DNA from: Pyrinomonadaceae bacterium
GTDB lineage: Bacteria > Acidobacteriota > Blastocatellia > Pyrinomonadales > Pyrinomonadaceae
Length of the DNA: 64,000 nucleotides
NCBI GenBank assembly: GCA_046313635.1
Contig: JBKBYA010000003.1
Coordinates: 192,001 to 256,000, forward strand
Direction of reading: 5' to 3'
The notes under the pieces are model-generated. The model searched no databases and had not been told where the DNA came from. It worked only from the letters and a program-made list of their open reading frames with translations. Positions 58,741 through 64,000 of this stretch are shown piece after piece. Made by a program: the position numbers and the translations under genes. Numbering within the stretch: position 1 is the stretch's first letter; every line of letters starts with the position of its first letter.

Positions 58741-59526
58741 CTAGCGTGTGATAAAGGTGATCACGCCGCGCTGGTTAGTGACGTGGATAACTGCGCTGCC
58801 GTCGCCCGCCTGGCCTATCACCTGCCGGCCGTCGCCGAGATAGCGCAGGTTAGAGCCGGTGAGCGGGCCGAGATTGATGCTGCGGGTCGAGTAGGCGGTC
58901 GCCTTTAACTTGAAGTTCGACGGGAAAGGGATGCGCAGATTGATCGCGCCCTGCATCGAGGCAAAACGGTAATTGCCGCCCGCGACGATCTCGCCGTCAA
59001 AGAAGATATCGCCAGTTACGTTCTCGGCCGAGACGGTCGCGGCGACGATATTCGTCAGCGTGATGTCGCCCTCGCTGGTGATATGTGCCCGGACGAGACC
59101 GCTGCGAACGTTGCTGACCTTCAAGTTCCCGATCTTGGTCTCGATGTCGACCTTGGCGGTGTTGGGTACGCGGATGGTGAAGTTGACGTCGCCCGTGCCG
59201 CGCCCCGAGTTGTCGCGGACGAGATCGATCAGGATCACGTCGCCAACGATCTGGGGCCGGATCTCGGCGGCCGGTGTGACGAGAAATGCGGTTATCGAGA
59301 CCACCGGGCGGTCCCAGCCCTCGACCGTGACGGTGCCCGTCTTGTTGGTAAGCTGCAGTCTGATATTCTGCCCGGTCTGGAAGCTCTGCGAGTACCTTTT
59401 CTGCGCCGCGGCCGGGGCCGGCCAAAGCAGCAGCATAAAAAAAACTACGCTCGACAGAAGTGCAATCGTAGTCTTCGGTGCCGCAGAGCGGCAATGAAGT
59501 TTGGTCGAGGGAAAGGTCATTTCCAA
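58741..59526 (-). CDS. DUF4097-like exported protein
   Basis: Signal peptide ending AAAQ; TGTVTVEGWDR, repeated T..G.I motifs; start uncertain. Confidence 0.75.
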   Translation of the reverse strand: MEMTFPSTKLHCRSAAPKTTIALLSSVVFFMLLLWPAPAAAQKRYSQSFQTGQNIRLQLTNKTGTVTVEGWDRPVVSITAFLVTPAAEIRPQIVGDVILIDLVRDNSGRGTGDVNFTIRVPNTAKVDIETKIGNLKVSNVRSGLVRAHITSEGDITLTNIVAATVSAENVTGDIFFDGEIVAGGNYRFASMQGAINLRIPFPSNFKLKATAYSTRSINLGPLTGSNLRYLGDGRQVIGQAGDGSAVIHVTNQRGVITFITR

Positions 59527-59537
59527 TACAACGGGAC

Positions 59538-60287
59538 CTAGAGCTCTGAGAACTCGCGCAGCAGGTTCATCTTTTCGTCCAGCGCCGAGTCGAGCATCTC
59601 GCCCGTTATGTCGTCCTCCGGATCTTGTTCGAGGATCGCCTGGTAGTCCCTGACCGACTCGTTGATTACGTTCAGGTTGCGGTCAAACGCCTCTCGCATA
59701 CGCGCATCCCACTGGCTGCGTCTGAGCTCGACACGCTGGTTCCAGTATTCGATCGCGGCCTGCAGCTCTCGAATGCGGCGCTCGCGGGCCTGCTGCGGCG
59801 TCTCGATAAGACCAGCCTTGCCGAGGAGCTTTTCGAATGTCGTGACTGACTCGCTCGAGCGCGCCGTAAAGTCGGTTGCGGCCGGCGTCATGTAATTCTT
59901 GATCCCGACGACGGTCAAAAGCGAGCTGATCACGGCGACCGCGAGCAGACCCGAGGCAAGCTGGGGGAACGAGAGCCGCCAGAAGCGCCGCTTTTCACTG
60001 GCCTGTTCCTCGAGCCGCGACTCTTCGGCGGCGCGGGCGATCTCGAGACGGTCCAGCTCGCCCTCGATAATGTTGTTGATGCGGCACCAGAGAGCCTGCG
60101 AATTAGGCGGCACGAGAGCCTCGGCATCCTCCGCCGCGCAGAGGTCGATCATCGACGCGATCTCCTCGCACACCTGAGCACAAGGCACGCAAAGCGCCAG
60201 GTGCTCCCGGACGCCGCTCGCTCGAGATTCGTCGAGGTCGTTGTCCAGAAACCGGCTGATAAGTGCTTTGCAGTCGTCGCAGTTCAT
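59538..60287 (-). CDS. Zinc-finger anti-sigma factor
   Basis: MNC...HLALCVPC, single TM helix, helical C-terminus. Confidence 0.88.
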   Translation of the reverse strand: MNCDDCKALISRFLDNDLDESRASGVREHLALCVPCAQVCEEIASMIDLCAAEDAEALVPPNSQALWCRINNIIEGELDRLEIARAAEESRLEEQASEKRRFWRLSFPQLASGLLAVAVISSLLTVVGIKNYMTPAATDFTARSSESVTTFEKLLGKAGLIETPQQARERRIRELQAAIEYWNQRVELRRSQWDARMREAFDRNLNVINESVRDYQAILEQDPEDDITGEMLDSALDEKMNLLREFSEL

Positions 60288-60511
60288 TTTCGTTACAGCA
60301 GGCCGCAGAGGAGGCGGTCCCGGCCGACCGTTCGAGAGATGTTAACCGTATCTATCGGTCCAAATACTAGATTATGTGTCAACAGCAAACGTTGCCCGAC
60401 GCTCGGGCCGCTGCATCATCAAAATCTGACCACGACCGAAACACTCGAGAGACGCACGGCGACGGCCGCGAAGGCGTCCGCGGAGAGGTTTTGATATCGC
60501 GGTTTTTGAAA

Positions 60512-61192
60512 CTAGTCGTTCTGCCTGGCAAGGAGCGCACGCAGCTTGAGTCTCGCCTTATGAAGCTGCGATTTTGAAGTGCCGACCGATATTCCGAGCA
60601 GCCGTGCGACCTCCTCGTGCTCAAAGCCTTTCACGTCGTGCAGGACAAAGACGTTCCGGTAGCCGTTGGGCAGCTCGGCGATCGCCTTTTTGAGCGCGAT
60701 GCGGTCGACGACAGGCATGCGGTTCGGATCTGATGTGCCGTGCACGATCTGCTCCGGCATCTCGCCGTCCTCGGATGTCTTTTCGTTCTTGAAGCTGCGC
60801 CGGCGAAAGTGCATCAGCACCTGATTGATCGTCAGGCGATGCAGCCACGTCGAGAAGGCCGAATCGCCGCGAAAGCTGCCGATCTTGCGAAAAAGCTGGA
60901 TAAAGACCTCCTGCGTCAGGTCTTCGGCCTCGGCGGCGCTGTTTGTCATCCTCATGCAGAGGCTGTACGTACGGCGGTGATACCTCTGATAAATGAGCTC
61001 GAAAGCCGCGAGATTCCCTTCGGCGGCAAGCCGGCAAAGCTCGAGGTCAGGCGCCGATACGTCTAACGCCGGCGCGGGGTCTGCGGCCGACGGCACCACC
61101 TGCGTGACCGGGGCGGAAAAGACCGACTGCTCGACGGATTCGTCAAATCCGCATGAAAGATCGGCGTCGAGTGCCGCGGAATTCGAGTTCAT
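60512..61192 (-). CDS. ECF sigma-70 factor
   Basis: [48 protein letters not shown]. Confidence 0.93.
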   Translation of the reverse strand: MNSNSAALDADLSCGFDESVEQSVFSAPVTQVVPSAADPAPALDVSAPDLELCRLAAEGNLAAFELIYQRYHRRTYSLCMRMTNSAAEAEDLTQEVFIQLFRKIGSFRGDSAFSTWLHRLTINQVLMHFRRRSFKNEKTSEDGEMPEQIVHGTSDPNRMPVVDRIALKKAIAELPNGYRNVFVLHDVKGFEHEEVARLLGISVGTSKSQLHKARLKLRALLARQND

Positions 61193-61341
61193 TTTGACTC
61201 CGGCTAAATGGTTGGATTTTAAGACTTCGTCGGCGTCTATGATGTGGCACCTCCGGGGCCGGTTGCTTTGATACGCCAGAATTTTATGACGAAAGCGACA
61301 TAAAGGTAAAGCAATTGATCTCTTACGCACGGCTCCTCCGC

Positions 61342-62295
61342 TCACGTCATCGCAAGCACGATGCTTCGTTCCGAGAGATCGCCGAATGGACGCCGGCCGT
61401 GCATCGCCAGGATGTTGTCGACAATAACGAGGTCGTTCGCCTCCCAGCGATGAGGGCTCTCGTTGTCTCGCAGGACCGAGCGGATGTGATCGATCGCCGC
61501 CTCGGGGATCGGCGATCCGTCGTCGCCGAAACCGCACGCGAGTCGCGGCCGACCGCTAGTGTCGCCGGCCGGCCCGGCGTAGAAGCCCGCCGCCTGATTG
61601 AACCACACCTCTTCGCCCGTCAGCGGGTGCGTCGTCGTGGCAGGGCCCTGCTGCTCGAGCCGCAGCGAGCCGTCCTTGAGCCATTTGAATTCGATACGTC
61701 CGCCGGCGCATATACGCTCGACCGCCCAACGGTCCTCGGTGCCGAAAGCGTCCTGCCATGAGCAGCCGCTGCCTGCGTCGGACGCGAGGTTGCGGATGTA
61801 AGCGATGCCGCGACGCTTGAACTCGTCGACCAGGTACGGATCGATCTCTGCGAGGACGCGGCGACCGTCGCCGAGTGTCGTTTCTCCGCCCGCGTCGGGC
61901 GGCGCGATGCAGAAAAAGAAGAGCAGCTCAGGATACGCCGTCGCGTAAGACAGTTCGTTGTGCAGCGGTATCGCCAACGCCGGCGGGTAGTCGGTCGAGA
62001 TGTACGTCCCCGTCGGGCCCAAACTCCGCCGCGGCGACGCTCCGCCTGTATAACCAAACAGCTGCCTCCCCGCGAATCGACGTGCAAATTCGGCAAGGTC
62101 GTCAACGCTTACGTCTCGCAAACCCCGGATCAGTACCGCTCCCGAGCTGAGCAAATGCGATCTGATCCCGAAAAAGACTTCATCGTCGAGCTCGCTGAGC
62201 GAGACAAAGGAGCGCGAGACCAACGGTACGGCCGGGAGGGCCGGACGCGACATTTGTGCGGCGCAGGCGGAGGGAGCGATCGAGCGGCTAGTCAT
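61342..62295 (-). CDS. TauD/TfdA-family Fe(II)/2OG dioxygenase (SyrP-like)
   Basis: IPLHNELSY (HxE), [26 protein letters not shown]. Confidence 0.88.
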   Translation of the reverse strand: MTSRSIAPSACAAQMSRPALPAVPLVSRSFVSLSELDDEVFFGIRSHLLSSGAVLIRGLRDVSVDDLAEFARRFAGRQLFGYTGGASPRRSLGPTGTYISTDYPPALAIPLHNELSYATAYPELLFFFCIAPPDAGGETTLGDGRRVLAEIDPYLVDEFKRRGIAYIRNLASDAGSGCSWQDAFGTEDRWAVERICAGGRIEFKWLKDGSLRLEQQGPATTTHPLTGEEVWFNQAAGFYAGPAGDTSGRPRLACGFGDDGSPIPEAAIDHIRSVLRDNESPHRWEANDLVIVDNILAMHGRRPFGDLSERSIVLAMT

Positions 62296-62454
62296 TTCGG
62301 CGCCATCACTCTATCAGCGTCGCGGCCGCGCGATTGTAGCCTGCCGAACAAACCGCCGGCGAACCGGGCTGATAGGTTCTATTTAGCGCGTTGTAGGTCC
62401 GGTCAGAGACATCACCGCGGTCGCATCGAGATCGCGGAAGGGAGGGATCGTGAA

Positions 62455-62760
62455 TTGAAATCGCTGTCATTAGCAGACCACGCCTCTGAGGAGACCGCCA
62501 ACGGCTCCGGTGCTCGCCGCGATCCTCGTATCGAATATCCGTCAACGGTCTCGCTCGATCCGGGCGTCGGCGTCGACCGGTCGCTCGGTCTCGACGATCA
62601 TTCCGCCGAGCGCATCGCGCAGAGAGCCGCGGGGGCCGACGACCGATCCGACGTGGGCTTCGCTTCGCCGATCCCGTCGTCTAACGCCGCCGCGATCGAC
62701 GCGCGGCGGACGGGCAGAATGCTTACCGCTGATCACGACGGCGGAGGTCTCGCGCGATGA
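62455..62760 (+). CDS. Possible 101-aa low-complexity ORF (TTG start)
   Basis: GGAGGG 8 nt before TTG 62455; ATGA overlap with next gene; shares DPRIxYPS with it. Confidence 0.35.
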   Translation: MKSLSLADHASEETANGSGARRDPRIEYPSTVSLDPGVGVDRSLGLDDHSAERIAQRAAGADDRSDVGFASPIPSSNAAAIDARRTGRMLTADHDGGGLAR

Positions 62761-63533
62761 GTCCCATCACGCCGATGCCGCCCGCGGCGACGCCTCTCGC
62801 GAACCTGTCCGCTAGTCCGTCCTCGCAGGCGGCGACGTTTGAATTTGCGCCCGTCGATCCTCGGATCTCTTACCCTAGCTACAAATCGTTTGACGAGTTT
62901 TTTGACGTCGCTCGGCTGGCGGCGCTCGACGGCTACCTTCGCGAGCGGATCGAGCGGCACATTCGCGACACGGCTGTCGGCGAGCTCGAACGAAAGTTCT
63001 ACACCGGGCCGTATCGTCTCAGTGCCGATGTCGCCGACCGGCCCGGCTCGCGGATGATCTACCTCGCGGAGTCGACGCGGCCCGACAGTTATTTCGACCT
63101 CGACCGCACCGAACTCTGGCGGCCGACCGCAGCAGCGGAGGACTTTGCCGAGCTGATGGATCTGATCGCGACGCTGCCCTTCGAGCGGACGGGAAGGATG
63201 CTCGTGATCTACGACGACGCACCGCGCGACGTGCCGGCGCATCGCGATCACGTCGCGACCGACGTGCTTCACGAATTCGTCTGGATGCGGACGAATATGG
63301 ACAAGCGTTTTTATATGCTCGACCACGCGACCGGCGAGCGACGGTACGTCGAGGGCTACAGCGCATGGTTTGACACGGTCAACCAGTTTCACGGCTGCGA
63401 CGCGCACGACGGGCTGACGTACAGCATCCGGGTCGACGGCAGGTTCACCGACGAGTTTCGGTCGCGCATCCCGCGGCCGCCTTTCAACGCGGCGTCGACG
63501 CCGTCGTTTTGGTGTTGCACGGAAAAAACATAA
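62757..63533 (+). CDS. Hypothetical protein, putative cupin/2OG-Fe(II) oxygenase fold
   Basis: PAHRD...NQFHG...SIRVDG arrangement (HxD...H...R). Confidence 0.6.
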   Translation: MSPITPMPPAATPLANLSASPSSQAATFEFAPVDPRISYPSYKSFDEFFDVARLAALDGYLRERIERHIRDTAVGELERKFYTGPYRLSADVADRPGSRMIYLAESTRPDSYFDLDRTELWRPTAAAEDFAELMDLIATLPFERTGRMLVIYDDAPRDVPAHRDHVATDVLHEFVWMRTNMDKRFYMLDHATGERRYVEGYSAWFDTVNQFHGCDAHDGLTYSIRVDGRFTDEFRSRIPRPPFNAASTPSFWCCTEKT

Positions 63534-63576
63534 TTTTTTAAGATTGAAAACAAATAAAGAGCGAACAAGGGGAGAA

Positions 63577-64000
63577 ATGAAAATCTACGTCAGCGGACTC
63601 TACAGCGGGACCAATCCGCAGCCCGGGGTCGGGATCGCCCGATCGCTCAGGCTCGCATATCCCGAGGCCGAGCTGATCGGGGTCGAATATTCCAATCGAT
63701 GCTCCGGCATTCACTGGAAGGACTTTGACCGCATCTGGCTCCACCGGCCCTGGAACGAACTCAACCTAGAAACTCACGCACGCGACATCCGCCGCGTCCT
63801 CGACGAGGGCGGTCTCTGGATCTCGAGCATCGATCTCGAGATCATGTGGCTCGCCACGCTGATGCCCGACGGGCATCCCAACCTGCTGACGCCGCCGCTC
63901 GAGGCGCTCAAGCTCGTCGCCAAGCCGGCGATACCCGCACACGAAGGGCTGCCGGTGAAGATACCGGAATTCGTCACGACCGAGCTCAGCGACTGGGAGC
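63577..64000 (+). CDS. Putative ATP-grasp/carboxylase-like protein, runs off window end (not in ORF track)
   Basis: GGGGAG RBS; hand translation MKIYVSGLYSGTNPQPGVGIARSLRLAYPEAELIGVEYSNRCSGIH... open to 64000. Confidence 0.6.
   Translation, partial: MKIYVSGLYSGTNPQPGVGIARSLRLAYPEAELIGVEYSNRCSGIHWKDFDRIWLHRPWNELNLETHARDIRRVLDEGGLWISSIDLEIMWLATLMPDGHPNLLTPPLEALKLVAKPAIPAHEGLPVKIPEFVTTELSDWE

Noticed and set aside
1..64000. Frequent CGATCG/TCGA words as a HIP1-like signal
   Set aside because: Visually common but explicable by codon usage (ATC, GTC, CTC followed by G); needs a Markov-corrected count that was not run

Overview
High-GC bacterial chromosomal window; gene content and style suggest Acidobacteriota, probably Blastocatellia (inference). 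In order it holds: a metal-resistance cluster (rhodanese, MerR regulator, copZ, copA, cupredoxin) with two MerR-type operators; tRNA-Val(CAC); a pilin; MoxR/DUF58; an ECF sigma/anti-sigma/DUF4097 module; sbcC-rnhA-YCF48-like gene; prmA and era. An accessory polymorphic-toxin locus follows (about 18.4-28.9 kb): poly-G promoter, FG-GAP protein, signal-peptide RHS toxin with a Zn-phospholipase-C-like tip, immunity gene, orphan RHS fragment, truncated IS3, orphan immunity gene, decayed RAYT. Then come a partner-switch pair, aroA/aroK, BON and LysM genes, nadB, an acyl-CoA ligase, and a dispersed kynurenine/2-aminomuconate tryptophan pathway interrupted by inserted genes. The last part has secreted peptidases, an intact REP-flanked RAYT, a second ECF module and the edge of a TauD/2OG-oxygenase/ATP-grasp-like cluster. 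Heptamer tandem repeats and REP/REPIN elements are scattered throughout, some in frame inside genes. All calls come from reading motifs by eye; no database search was run.
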